This document shows, in pieces, positions 29,825 to 39,957 of a DNA stretch of 55,271 bases. Source of the stretch: a virus; IMG/VR virus record IMGVR_UViG_3300028534_000014, positions 1 through 55,271 of that record. One strand, written 5' to 3'. Positions within the stretch are counted from its first letter, which is position 1. Every line of letters begins with the position of its first letter. The notes below the pieces were generated by a model that was given only the letters and a program-made list of their open reading frames with translations, did no database searches and had not been told where the DNA came from. The position numbers were made by a program, and so were the translations under genes.

Positions 29825-31825
29825 ATGAGATTTGACCCAAGAGAGATTGGTAAGAATATTAAGCAAGGTTCGCTAGATATCCAACCAGAAGTTGTATATG
29901 GTGAATTACTTGCAGATAGTAACGCGGACGCATTACAAGTTTATGCATCAGTAGTAGGTAACGAAGAGCCTATGTCAGATAAAGACAAGAGAATTGTAGC
30001 ATATAGTACATTAGCGGCTTTAGCGGGTAAAACAAGTGTAGAGACATTAAATGATGCTATTGGCTCTATGAATGGTGCATCAGCTATTGATAGAATTAGA
30101 ACAGAGATGCTTTCATTTGATGGAGCTACTGATGGGCATAATGTAGCTAAAACATTGGAGTACAACGCAAGAGCTAGTAAGCAAGACGCTTATGCAGAAG
30201 CTTTCTTTAGAACTGTTGTTTATCCTACAGGTGTATTAACAGTTACTAACAAAATTCCTACTGTATATAAAGCAAATGTAATTGAGCATGACGGTAAAGG
30301 CAATACTCATAAATTAGAGTCTATTGTTAAAGCAATGACAAGTGTTAAAGGTAGTGCTGGTATTAATCAACTTAAGATTATTCCAATCGCAGGTACAAGT
30401 GCTACAACTGATGCGTATTTAGTAGTAGAAGCTAAAAAAGCTGCTATCGATCCAGCAACAGGCACTGATGTAGAAACAGCTCCAATTAAGATTGGTAAAA
30501 AAGTACCTCTATTTGATATTGTTCAAAGTGCAGCTTCAGTAGCTAAAGGTTACTTAAATAGCAGAGATACACTAGCTCCAGAAGCAGAGCTTAAGTCATT
30601 AGAGTTCACTACAGGTGGAGATACTCCTTCAATTATTGAAATCCCAATCTCTGGATTAGGTGCTAGATTTGAAGGAACTACTAATGGTTCTGATTATGGA
30701 CTACAATTAGTAAAAGAAGGTAAAGTAGCAGTTCCATTATCTGAGTTAACTGTATATAAAAATGGAACAGCAGCTGGGCTTACAGCTGATAATATCACAG
30801 CTGTATATGATGTATCTTTAACTGGTACTGGTAATGCATTGGATAAAACAATCAATGTATCTGTAATCAATTGGGAATTAAGTAAAATCTTAGATGCAAA
30901 TGGTAATGTAATTCCTACAACTGATACTAACTATAGCACTTACGCTGATGTAGCTAACAAAATTAGCAAAGATACTATTGTTGGTTATGAATTAGATGCA
31001 GAGCTAGTGAATAGTAACCTTAGAAGAAGAGGAAATAGATTAATCGTAGCAGCTGAAACTGATAATGGGTTCATCGCTCCAAAAACTCCATATAATGTAG
31101 AAAATACAATTGGAGATAGTAAAGGTAGTGATATCGAAGCAATTAAACAAATCGGTACATTAGTAGCAAGAGAGGTATCAGCTTTAGCATTCTTGACTAT
31201 TGAGAAAGTTTATAAAGAGCTTAAAACGCTAGATGCTTATGAAGTAGATGCTGATGGTAGAGTAACTAAGTCTGCTATTAGTAAGACAATTAAAGCAACT
31301 CTAAAAGAAGATACAGTTAACCTTTCTGAGCTTAACAGTATTGAGCAACATAGTAGACAAGACGATATTGCCGCAAGATTACTAGACAAATTCAAAGTAA
31401 TTGCTAACCAACTATTTACAGAGTCTGGATTATCTGTATTATTAGCTGGTGAAGAAGCAGAAGTTGTAATTGGCGTTGGCTCAAACATTGGTTCATTCCT
31501 ACCAAGTACATTTGAGATTTCAAAAGGGTTTAATGCTAGAGTGGTAACTTCTACATTTGCAGAAGCACAAGGTATTGCTAACATTACTATTAACCCAGTT
31601 AACAGCGAACCTAACAAAGAAGACTATAGAGGATTTGGAACATTTAGATTTAGTCCATCTGTAGTATACGATCTAAAAGTAGTTACAAGCAATGAAGCTT
31701 ATAGTGAACACTTAATTGTTCCTCAATATGAGCATGTTCCACATAACTATGTTTTAGGTAGAGTAGAGATTACTGGATTAGAAAGTGCAGTAGAAGCTGT
31801 TGCTACTAACATGAGAACAGCATAA
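29825..31825 (+). CDS. Major capsid protein (phiKZ gp120-like)
   Basis: SFDG...YNARASKQDAYAEAFFRTVV, TAP, VGYELDA..VNSNLRRRG, VVIG and P.YEHV motifs; position after DnaB. Confidence 0.88.
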   Translation: MRFDPREIGKNIKQGSLDIQPEVVYGELLADSNADALQVYASVVGNEEPMSDKDKRIVAYSTLAALAGKTSVETLNDAIGSMNGASAIDRIRTEMLSFDGATDGHNVAKTLEYNARASKQDAYAEAFFRTVVYPTGVLTVTNKIPTVYKANVIEHDGKGNTHKLESIVKAMTSVKGSAGINQLKIIPIAGTSATTDAYLVVEAKKAAIDPATGTDVETAPIKIGKKVPLFDIVQSAASVAKGYLNSRDTLAPEAELKSLEFTTGGDTPSIIEIPISGLGARFEGTTNGSDYGLQLVKEGKVAVPLSELTVYKNGTAAGLTADNITAVYDVSLTGTGNALDKTINVSVINWELSKILDANGNVIPTTDTNYSTYADVANKISKDTIVGYELDAELVNSNLRRRGNRLIVAAETDNGFIAPKTPYNVENTIGDSKGSDIEAIKQIGTLVAREVSALAFLTIEKVYKELKTLDAYEVDADGRVTKSAISKTIKATLKEDTVNLSELNSIEQHSRQDDIAARLLDKFKVIANQLFTESGLSVLLAGEEAEVVIGVGSNIGSFLPSTFEISKGFNARVVTSTFAEAQGIANITINPVNSEPNKEDYRGFGTFRFSPSVVYDLKVVTSNEAYSEHLIVPQYEHVPHNYVLGRVEITGLESAVEAVATNMRTA

Positions 31826-31836
31826 TTAAATAGATG

Positions 31837-31862
31837 TACATAGCAGCATATGCTGCTATGTA
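31837..31862 (+). terminator. Perfect 26-bp palindrome after the capsid gene
   Basis: tacatagcagcatatgctgctatgta. Confidence 0.75.
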
Positions 31863-31897
31863 TACTCTTCTAACTATTTATCTTTAAGAAAATATAT

Positions 31898-31926
31898 ACA
31901 CATATTATTTATGTAGTCTGAGACTA
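31898..31926 (+). promoter_or_regulatory. Conserved promoter-plus-hairpin element, copy 1 (probable early promoter)
   Basis: acacatattattta-tg-tagtc-tga-gacta. Confidence 0.7.
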
Positions 31927-31947
31927 AATATTTATGAAGGAGACTTA

Positions 31948-32868
31948 ATGAGAATAGTAGAAGAGTACATCGACCCGCGCACCGGTGATGTAATAGGTAT
32001 TGATGAATATGGTAGAGAGGTGCTTTTAGAGGAAGCCGCGCCCTCCAGAAATAGAGCGCCTGCTAGAGCGACTATGGGTAGGAGAGCGCCCATTACGTCA
32101 AGGCGGTCTCGTGTGACAGGTAGAGCAGTAAGTAATGCAGATAGAGCTAGTGCATTGGCGCCAGATGCTCCCGATGATACTATATGTGAAACAGCATCAA
32201 ATACGAACAAACGTACGAGACCAGAAACAAAGAAGACCTATTTAGCGTCTTCTGAAACTCGAAAGGTTAATATAACAAAAGACCATATCGAGTTAATCAA
32301 GACTCCTATATATCTTGGTGATTTAGTTAATCTAAATAAGTCCCCTGAAACATTAGTAACATTTGTGGGATTAAAGATTAAGACATTACCTGACCCAACT
32401 GTGCTTAAAGCGGCACTAGGTGCGGCTAAAGACGAGAGCAAGATAATTGTTGTAGAAGAGCCTACTGACTTCGATTTAGATGTCAAGAATGCTACCGGTA
32501 ATCTGTTCAGACATATGAAGATTACAGGGTCGTTCTTTGATGTTATTATCGATATCCGCGATTTACCTGAGAAGTATAGTCTAGAGAAGAGTTGTTTCAT
32601 AACATATCTAGATATGCTAGAGGGAGAAGCTAATATAAATGGTGTAACAGAAATATTACCATATATGGTAATCAATGCTAATTCGATGGCAGTATTGAGT
32701 AGAGAGATTTTAGATAATTCGATAGATGGCTCTATAGAGATAGCAGAAACATCTATACTAAGTAAGGTTATCGAAAAGTATAAACTTAAAGAGGCTTTCG
32801 TAGTAGCAGAGACTAGTATCTTTTATGTTAAGGAAGATAAAACTATAAGGAAGGTGTTAGATGTCTAA
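31948..32868 (+). CDS. Hypothetical protein with Arg-rich disordered N-terminal segment
   Basis: 306 aa with AAGGAG RBS. Confidence 0.8.
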   Translation: MRIVEEYIDPRTGDVIGIDEYGREVLLEEAAPSRNRAPARATMGRRAPITSRRSRVTGRAVSNADRASALAPDAPDDTICETASNTNKRTRPETKKTYLASSETRKVNITKDHIELIKTPIYLGDLVNLNKSPETLVTFVGLKIKTLPDPTVLKAALGAAKDESKIIVVEEPTDFDLDVKNATGNLFRHMKITGSFFDVIIDIRDLPEKYSLEKSCFITYLDMLEGEANINGVTEILPYMVINANSMAVLSREILDNSIDGSIEIAETSILSKVIEKYKLKEAFVVAETSIFYVKEDKTIRKVLDV

Positions 32869-33316
32869 ATTAAAAAAAATAGAAGGAGACTTCGCTATAG
32901 TAGTATCTAATGGTAAAGATGAAAGTTATAAAGACTCGATTGTCTATGAAAAGAATATTAATAAATTCAAGACTATATTAATACTCTTTGGAGAGCAGAC
33001 CGCATTTACAGCAGGGATTATACCTGATATAGAAGAGTGGCTATCTTACTCAGAGGACTATAATGAGATATTTGTTAAGTTATTCAACGGATTAGGGGTA
33101 GGGGCGTCCATTAAAAACATGTTTGATATTAAGGTGCTTTTAGACAATATTAAAGGCAATGAGACATATGCTAGAATATTCAAAAAGATAAAAGAGTCTA
33201 TAGAGAGCCAAAACGAACACACTAAACGTATTCTTGAAGAGATAGAATACATAACTAGTGGTTCAATTGACCTAGGAAATTTCAGGGTCGATAAATATGA
33301 AATATTAGTAGTGTAG
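32861..33316 (+). CDS. Hypothetical protein
   Basis: 151 aa, 8-nt overlap with the upstream gene. Confidence 0.75.
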   Translation: MSKLKKIEGDFAIVVSNGKDESYKDSIVYEKNINKFKTILILFGEQTAFTAGIIPDIEEWLSYSEDYNEIFVKLFNGLGVGASIKNMFDIKVLLDNIKGNETYARIFKKIKESIESQNEHTKRILEEIEYITSGSIDLGNFRVDKYEILVV

Positions 33317-33334
33317 ACCATGTGGTCTACACTA
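33309..33334. terminator. Palindromic hairpin between convergent genes
   Basis: tagtgtagacca-tg-tggtctacacta covers both stop codons. Confidence 0.72.
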
Positions 33335-33937
33335 TAACTTTACTTTTTTCTTTATAACGCATTTTAATTCTTCTATTTCAAGAAGCAATTTCTCATTTAG
33401 TGCTTTCTCTCTTTCTAATTGTAAATAAAGGTTTTCTAAATTACCTCTTTTAAGCGCCCTAGCGTCCTCATATAGCTGATGTTTATCTAAAGGTAGCCCT
33501 ATGGTATCCCCAATGTTTAAAACCTCTACAGATGGGTATATACCTATATCATGTTCAACTAGCTCTTTAATGGTATTGATGGTATCATTATATGTCTCTA
33601 ATACAGGAAGTTGACCTAAGTTAATTGTTATAATTTTACTCACATACTGCGGTTCAGATATATCAGGCTGTAGCTCTATATATTTACCAGGTATTGTATA
33701 AAAACCACCTGCCTCATTTGTTAATATATAGATATCTTCATCATTATTCATATCTTCTATATATTCATCATGTGATAATCCGTATTTCTTATAGACATAT
33801 TGATATAGATCTTCTTTACCAGAGGATAATAACTCTTTAATAGAGCGACAAGACTCTACCTTAAGTATACTATCTGTATTATCTCTATCAAAAGGCGATT
33901 TAAACTTAAATCTACCTTTTATACCTCTCTTAATCAT
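33332..33937 (-). CDS. Conserved phiKZ-like virion protein (gp157-like)
   Basis: G.F....PF, VY...GL...Y..D, P..YI...PD and NLG.LP pattern; adjacent to the RNase H-like gene. Confidence 0.6.
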   Translation of the reverse strand: MIKRGIKGRFKFKSPFDRDNTDSILKVESCRSIKELLSSGKEDLYQYVYKKYGLSHDEYIEDMNNDEDIYILTNEAGGFYTIPGKYIELQPDISEPQYVSKIITINLGQLPVLETYNDTINTIKELVEHDIGIYPSVEVLNIGDTIGLPLDKHQLYEDARALKRGNLENLYLQLEREKALNEKLLLEIEELKCVIKKKVKL

Positions 33938-34013
33938 GCTAATCCTTTATTTTTTATTTATCAAGGAAAAAAAAGAGTGGGATTAAATTATATGAGATTA
34001 TCAAGGAGCTTAT

Positions 34014-35306
34014 ATGAAACATGTATTGTATGTATATGAATTGAAAAATAAAGTAATTATGTTTGGATATAGAGGAACGCCTCATAAGAGTAATAATATA
34101 GCTAAAGGTAAAGTTAGAATAACTGAAGATGGTTATAAGACGAATGGAGCTAATCCAATTAAGCCTTCATCTTTTTATTTTTATAAAAGGACAGGGGAAG
34201 ATACATTAAGCAATATGTGGATAGCCATTAAAGAGCTTTTATGGTCTATTTTAGAGCTAAACGAGGATGTAGTAGTATGTAACCTTAAGTCAGGTTCTTT
34301 TAGTCTTATAATGAATAATCTATTTGGGGATATGAATAACTTATCAGATGCCTGTATGGATAAAGAATTATATAATGAAGTAATGAAGTATCGCCAGTCT
34401 TGTTCCGAAGAAAGAATAGCTTTAGTGAAAAATACACTATTTCCAGAGGTTAATGATATAGTTAAATGGTGCTGCACTGTAGTGCAACCAGATGAGATAC
34501 CTGATGGTATGTATGAATATAAAGACCCTAAGTTCTTTAAGATGCCAAAGATATTCCCGCCAGAGTTTTTCGGTAAATATATTATTGTAGATAAACAATT
34601 TTATAAAGAAGATAATAAGTATAATTATATATTGGCAAGGTACCCTACAGATACCCAATTAGGTCGTAATATTAATATGGTAACAGAGTCATATATACAA
34701 GAAGATGAACCTATACCATATTTGGACAACATCATAACAGAAATGATGAGGAGAGAGGGTACGACAGACACAATGCTTACTATGGAGTTAGATTTATTAA
34801 CTGATATGCTTGTCTATAAAGAATTATCTATGTTTAAAGATGTAATAAAAAGTCCTTTCAAATATGTTAAAAAGTCCACTCATTCTGAGTTAACTACATT
34901 AAGCGGTGTTCGTGTTATTTACACAGTATATCCTCCAGGTCTAATGATTAAACTTTTAGATAATCGTAAGAAAGTATTACAATATGATAAAGAGGTAGAT
35001 ATAACTAATAGGTTTTATATAACAACTGATAAAGGATTAAAGATAGACCCTGAGTTAACACAATCTAAGCATATTAAGTCATTCACACTCCCAGAGGGTA
35101 AAGTTGTACTAATGCTAGGAGTAGACTCTCTAAATAGGAACGTGTATAAGAGATTAGAAAATATAGTTAAGAAAGTTTCTCTTATATATACTATTAAAGA
35201 GAGAGTGATACATTATGCTGTTAAAGTTACATTAACTACAGGGTATAACATTACGCACTCTCCAACCAATTCGATAGCCTTAGTTAGAAAGAATAAAAAA
35301 CTATAA
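34014..35306 (+). CDS. phiKZ gp155-like RNase H family protein, catalytic motif apparently degenerate
   Basis: C-terminal YPPGL and LGVDSLNRNVYKRLE pattern; position between gp157-like and gp153-like. Confidence 0.5.
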   Translation: MKHVLYVYELKNKVIMFGYRGTPHKSNNIAKGKVRITEDGYKTNGANPIKPSSFYFYKRTGEDTLSNMWIAIKELLWSILELNEDVVVCNLKSGSFSLIMNNLFGDMNNLSDACMDKELYNEVMKYRQSCSEERIALVKNTLFPEVNDIVKWCCTVVQPDEIPDGMYEYKDPKFFKMPKIFPPEFFGKYIIVDKQFYKEDNKYNYILARYPTDTQLGRNINMVTESYIQEDEPIPYLDNIITEMMRREGTTDTMLTMELDLLTDMLVYKELSMFKDVIKSPFKYVKKSTHSELTTLSGVRVIYTVYPPGLMIKLLDNRKKVLQYDKEVDITNRFYITTDKGLKIDPELTQSKHIKSFTLPEGKVVLMLGVDSLNRNVYKRLENIVKKVSLIYTIKERVIHYAVKVTLTTGYNITHSPTNSIALVRKNKKL

Positions 35307-35307
35307 A

Positions 35308-35333
35308 CACTATACTCCTTATGGAGTATAGTG
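35308..35333. terminator. Hairpin between convergent genes
   Basis: cactatactcc-ttat-ggagtatagtg. Confidence 0.72.
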
Positions 35334-35340
35334 ATTTATA

Positions 35341-36195
35341 TTATAGTAGTTCTATTGCTTTACCAGCATTTACTGTCCCGTATGCTGACTCGTAAGTTAG
35401 ATAGATTAATTTTCCACCTAGAGTTAATGAATTAGCTAGTATAAGAGTGTTATGGGCTAACTTCTCTACAGCCTGTTTACTAACTAACCCTGGGTTAGTG
35501 GCAATAACATCTTCTATCTTATCCATATATTTTTTAACTTCATCAATACTCTTTAATACATCTATCAAGTCGCTCTCTTCTACTTCATCTAACATATGGT
35601 CTAGATTAATAATAGACTCTTTGAATGTAGCTAAATTACCAAACGCTTTATGTATTACAGTAGTTGGCGAGCCATCATTATCTAAAAGATTTTGGATGCT
35701 ATTATCTTTGTCTTCTAATATCTTATTTTTCTTAACAAAATCGCTATCATCGAATAACTCTTTAATACGCACATCTTTATTAACTAAGAAGCTAGAGCAT
35801 GCTTTCTTAAACCTATCCATATTAACAGAAATCTCTAATGTAGTAGGTATTAACTCTTCTTTTAGATATTCTATCACTTTATATGTATCTGTACTTAACA
35901 AAGGATTGATAGGAAAAGATACGTCTTTAACCTCTAAGAAGTCTAAACCATCAATCCTATCTCTACGTATATATAACTTATGTAATTCTCTATTTATTCC
36001 AGAATTTATATTACGTCTTAAATACTCTTGTAAATCTCCTTTAATTGCTGCTTTTAAAAAATTACCAAAAGCCGTGATATTATACCCTATAGCTTCCATT
36101 GCTTCTGTAAGAAAACTTAGGGTTTCTATATTATCTAACTCTTGTAATGCTACATCATCATATGTTAACACTTTGCTTGTTACTAAACTATCCAT
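35341..36195 (-). CDS. Probable head protein (phiKZ gp153-like)
   Basis: Helical ORF; start moved to MDSLV (AAAGGCAGAG upstream); synteny. Confidence 0.6.
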   Translation of the reverse strand: MDSLVTSKVLTYDDVALQELDNIETLSFLTEAMEAIGYNITAFGNFLKAAIKGDLQEYLRRNINSGINRELHKLYIRRDRIDGLDFLEVKDVSFPINPLLSTDTYKVIEYLKEELIPTTLEISVNMDRFKKACSSFLVNKDVRIKELFDDSDFVKKNKILEDKDNSIQNLLDNDGSPTTVIHKAFGNLATFKESIINLDHMLDEVEESDLIDVLKSIDEVKKYMDKIEDVIATNPGLVSKQAVEKLAHNTLILANSLTLGGKLIYLTYESAYGTVNAGKAIELL

Positions 36196-36272
36196 AACTC
36201 TGCCTTTTTTTATATTATTTATCATTGAAAAAGTATTATTAGGCGGATTTAATGAAACATTAAAGGATTACT

Positions 36273-38174
36273 ATGTATGCAAATAATCATAAAGTTATAT
36301 TATCAGACATAGATAAGAGTATCTATGTAAATGCTATCTATGACTTAGGCCATAATGTAGCAGACAGTCTAAAATTACCTAAAGATATTAGTATATCTGT
36401 AGTAAGTGAGATAAGTAAAAAAGCTGAGTTTCGCAAGGGTCACAATACTGACCAAGCTCAATCTTCTGTATCTACATCTAAGATGATTTTAGAGTATAAT
36501 GTAAAGGTAAATAAAGAACTTCAAAAAGGTAGAACCTTTCAAGAATTTAAAACTCGTAAACCTATAATTATTGACTCTGATAAATATATGGTTACAGAGG
36601 ATAATACACTATTCACTATTACTGGTACTATCAGGATAATGGATAAGAATAGAACAGTGGTAGCTAATATTGAAAACACTCTATTAGAAATGGCTATACA
36701 AGATACATTTACAATAACTGTTAATACAGATATATTCTATTATCTACCATTATCTATAGTGGCATTGATTAAAAATAGTTTTCAAGCTAGGAATAAAATA
36801 GAACCTATAGAGTTATTAGACTATATTAATTACATTAGTACAGGGTATGTTGATATTGCTACTAATGCTAGTGGCGATGCAGATACCTTATCTCTAGTGG
36901 TTAAGAGAGTTATGCTAACGGAAGCCAAGATAGATGAAGGTTCATTTGATATGGATATAGAGTATGACGCAGATACAGGTTTTTATACTAAAAACATTGA
37001 TTATAGTTTTGAAATAAAAGCACCAACTGCTTTAACTATCTCTAATGAAGTAGTTATCTATAATGAGATGGTATCATCATACTTAATTAATAAACAACCC
37101 TCTATAGAGAACTATACAAATGATACAGGCATAGAAGCATTGAATGTATTTAATATAGATTATATTAAATTCTTTAAGCTAATGGATATGTATAATACTA
37201 GATATCTTACTATACCATTAGAAGATAGACATTTACCATATAAACCGTTAGCTAATCGTAGACCATTGTTCTCAGTATTGACTCTACTAGATATTGAGGA
37301 TACACAGAAAGCATTGTTTAATATTAGAGATCTAGTAGATTATCGTATCGATCCTGTATTATTAGAGTATTTAAGAAAGAATAGAAACTATATAAATCTA
37401 GATAGATATTCTTTATTTAATTTTAATCTATTTGAAAACGATAGAGAGTTACCGTTATCATCATTAATAATAGATAATGAACTTAATATAATACCTACGA
37501 TGCCCTTAAATCCGACAAAGTGTTATAGAGTACTTTTTACACTTAATACGCAACTTCAATACTTACCATACGGTGAACAAAGTATTATTAAAAGATATAA
37601 GAGATTATTAGATAAACGTACAGTATTAATTAAGACTACTTTATCTAAATCTCTTAACATCCTTAGAAGTAGAGGGTTAGAGCAATATATTAAAGGCATT
37701 GACGAGATAATAAATGAGAGTAGCTATATGTCACAACATATAGAGTATGATGGGGATGTAGCTATATTAGAGAATACTATTAAGAGATTACGCTCTAGTG
37801 ATGTAGGAGATACATTTAGAAAGGATGTCCTAGATACTCTTTATAATTTCAAATTAGGAAGATATACTCAAGTTGATGACTATGTTCTATTTGAAAATAA
37901 TAAAGCTAAATTAATGTTTAATAATGAGACATTAATTTATGAATACGCTAATCATGCTATTGTTACTATGGGTGATGATATTATTTTATTAGATACAGCT
38001 AAGAATATGTATATGATAAATGATAAAGAGTTAATTGTCATAAGACCTGATATAATATACTATCAAGAGACTATACTATATCCTGTAGCTAGTATGATTG
38101 AGTTAAATAATTATAGCGATAAAGCAATAGAGAAAACAGTAAATGAGAGTAAAACTCTCGTAAGGAGAATGTGA
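36273..38174 (+). CDS. Virion structural protein (phiKZ gp98-like)
   Basis: 633 aa; first of a four-gene block matching the gp98-gp101 order. Confidence 0.6.
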   Translation: MYANNHKVILSDIDKSIYVNAIYDLGHNVADSLKLPKDISISVVSEISKKAEFRKGHNTDQAQSSVSTSKMILEYNVKVNKELQKGRTFQEFKTRKPIIIDSDKYMVTEDNTLFTITGTIRIMDKNRTVVANIENTLLEMAIQDTFTITVNTDIFYYLPLSIVALIKNSFQARNKIEPIELLDYINYISTGYVDIATNASGDADTLSLVVKRVMLTEAKIDEGSFDMDIEYDADTGFYTKNIDYSFEIKAPTALTISNEVVIYNEMVSSYLINKQPSIENYTNDTGIEALNVFNIDYIKFFKLMDMYNTRYLTIPLEDRHLPYKPLANRRPLFSVLTLLDIEDTQKALFNIRDLVDYRIDPVLLEYLRKNRNYINLDRYSLFNFNLFENDRELPLSSLIIDNELNIIPTMPLNPTKCYRVLFTLNTQLQYLPYGEQSIIKRYKRLLDKRTVLIKTTLSKSLNILRSRGLEQYIKGIDEIINESSYMSQHIEYDGDVAILENTIKRLRSSDVGDTFRKDVLDTLYNFKLGRYTQVDDYVLFENNKAKLMFNNETLIYEYANHAIVTMGDDIILLDTAKNMYMINDKELIVIRPDIIYYQETILYPVASMIELNNYSDKAIEKTVNESKTLVRRM

Positions 38175-38175
38175 T

Positions 38176-39366
38176 ATGATAGCAACAAGAAAAACTACGA
38201 CCAAGCCCCCTGTAGCAACTAAGGCTAGTAGCAATGTGGTCCTAGATAATGATATGTCTATTAAGAGGGCTATTAAGAATATAGAAGGTTCTGATTGGGC
38301 GCTTAAAGGTTATTATAATCAGATATTAGGCGCGGATAATAACCCTAGTACATTTGATACTAATAGAACAACTGCTGACCAACAATACACTCTTATTGAG
38401 AAACTAGTTATCTCTTTAACCACGCCTATAGAAACCGTTAGCAGTGCAGAGGTGGAAGGCGAGGCTTATTTACCTAGTAGCATAGTCCCTATAGTAGGAG
38501 ATATGTTTAAAGCTAGATTAATAGATGGGGTCTTAGCATTATTTCGTGTAACTAATGTAGAGTCTAATGCTTATGTAGCAGAGAAGATATATAAGATAGC
38601 ATTTCGCATTGATACTAAGCAGACAGTGGATCCTGATAGATATGATGCTATTGACGCCTATGTTGCTAAAGAGTTAGTATTTGATCAGAATATATATCTA
38701 GATGGTAAAGACCCTCTTCTAGTTAAAAAAGAGTATATAGATTTACAGAATTTAATAGACTTAGAGAAAGAGCTACAGCATAGATATTATCAATCGTTCT
38801 ATAATGCAAAGACAGGTTATCTGTTATATAAAACAGAAGACAACAAGACCATCTTTGATGCGGTAATCACTAACCTTTATCAATCTATAACAGATACAGA
38901 AGTACATCCTATTAAAGATATTACTGTCACTAAAGAAAACACTATCATAGATAGGATTATGGGTAGATATCAGAATATGCCGATAGGTATTTTCAATAAC
39001 AAGTATGCATCGCTCATCACTAGTGGCGAGTATAATAGACGCAATAAAGGGCGTTGGGGTATTATTAATGGGATACCATTTAGCATAGCTTATGTAGTAG
39101 ACATAAACGATGTACCTAGTGATACTGTTATAAAGTATAATATATCAGCATTAGCTAATGAGTATATCTATAAAGAGGATGATAATAGACCATTATCATC
39201 ATTAATAACTAAATATCTTAACAGTGAAGCTATAAGTTATGATGAGATTAAAAAAGTTGTGGATATAATTATACTAGATGACAGTTTATCATATTGGTAT
39301 ACACCTATATTAATGGTGCTGTCTAAATATGCGTCAGATAAGATATTCACTATAGGGAGTGAGTGA
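38176..39366 (+). CDS. Virion structural protein (phiKZ gp99-like)
   Basis: IEGS.W...YYNQILG, QQYTLI and P.VGDMF.A motifs. Confidence 0.65.
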   Translation: MIATRKTTTKPPVATKASSNVVLDNDMSIKRAIKNIEGSDWALKGYYNQILGADNNPSTFDTNRTTADQQYTLIEKLVISLTTPIETVSSAEVEGEAYLPSSIVPIVGDMFKARLIDGVLALFRVTNVESNAYVAEKIYKIAFRIDTKQTVDPDRYDAIDAYVAKELVFDQNIYLDGKDPLLVKKEYIDLQNLIDLEKELQHRYYQSFYNAKTGYLLYKTEDNKTIFDAVITNLYQSITDTEVHPIKDITVTKENTIIDRIMGRYQNMPIGIFNNKYASLITSGEYNRRNKGRWGIINGIPFSIAYVVDINDVPSDTVIKYNISALANEYIYKEDDNRPLSSLITKYLNSEAISYDEIKKVVDIIILDDSLSYWYTPILMVLSKYASDKIFTIGSE

Positions 39367-39956
39367 TGTATGAATTTAATTATGACTATAATGAAATTAA
39401 GACAGTCGTTAATAGAATATTTGTAGTGTTAGTCCCATATTTAGCCACAATGAGCGATAGTCAGATTAAATCTGGTAAAAGATATCTATCAGTGCAGAAT
39501 AATCAACTAGTCGAGAACGATTATGACGCACTAGTTAAGGTTGGTTTACCTATTAAGAAATTAGCTAAAGTCTTCTCAGAAGGCTTTCCTATTAAATTGG
39601 TTTATAAAGAGGACCTAAAGACATTAGAGGAGGCTTTAGTTACCTATACTGACTTATATAGAGGTCTGGGTTTAGGTCCTAATATGGACACACAAGACGC
39701 AGATGAATACGAGTTAGTAAAACTGTTCGCAGATGAGTTCTTACAATTACAAAAGAGTAATCTTATTGAATATGATACATTTAGTAACTTCTTACTTAAA
39801 TCTGTTGGATATGGACTTAAGCATACTAAAAGAACAGAATATGAATCAGGTACACAAAAGAGTAGACGGAACCATGTAAATACACATAAACCGGGTTTCG
39901 ATGAACAGGAAAAAAAGAGACCTAGAATAATACAACCCATAAGACCAAAGGTTTAA
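39363..39956 (+). CDS. Conserved protein (phiKZ gp100-like)
   Basis: 197 aa with GTGA overlap (or ATG at 39366); synteny. Confidence 0.6.
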   Translation: MMYEFNYDYNEIKTVVNRIFVVLVPYLATMSDSQIKSGKRYLSVQNNQLVENDYDALVKVGLPIKKLAKVFSEGFPIKLVYKEDLKTLEEALVTYTDLYRGLGLGPNMDTQDADEYELVKLFADEFLQLQKSNLIEYDTFSNFLLKSVGYGLKHTKRTEYESGTQKSRRNHVNTHKPGFDEQEKKRPRIIQPIRPKV

Positions 39957-39957
39957 T

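Noticed and set aside
32861-32880. A8 run near the ORF junction as a programmed frameshift
   Set aside because: The run lies after the upstream stop codon, and the second ORF has its own RBS-like sequence
35447-36286. 279-aa plus-strand ORF
   Set aside because: Antisense shadow of the minus-strand gene; no RBS; S/L/I-rich composition typical of shadows
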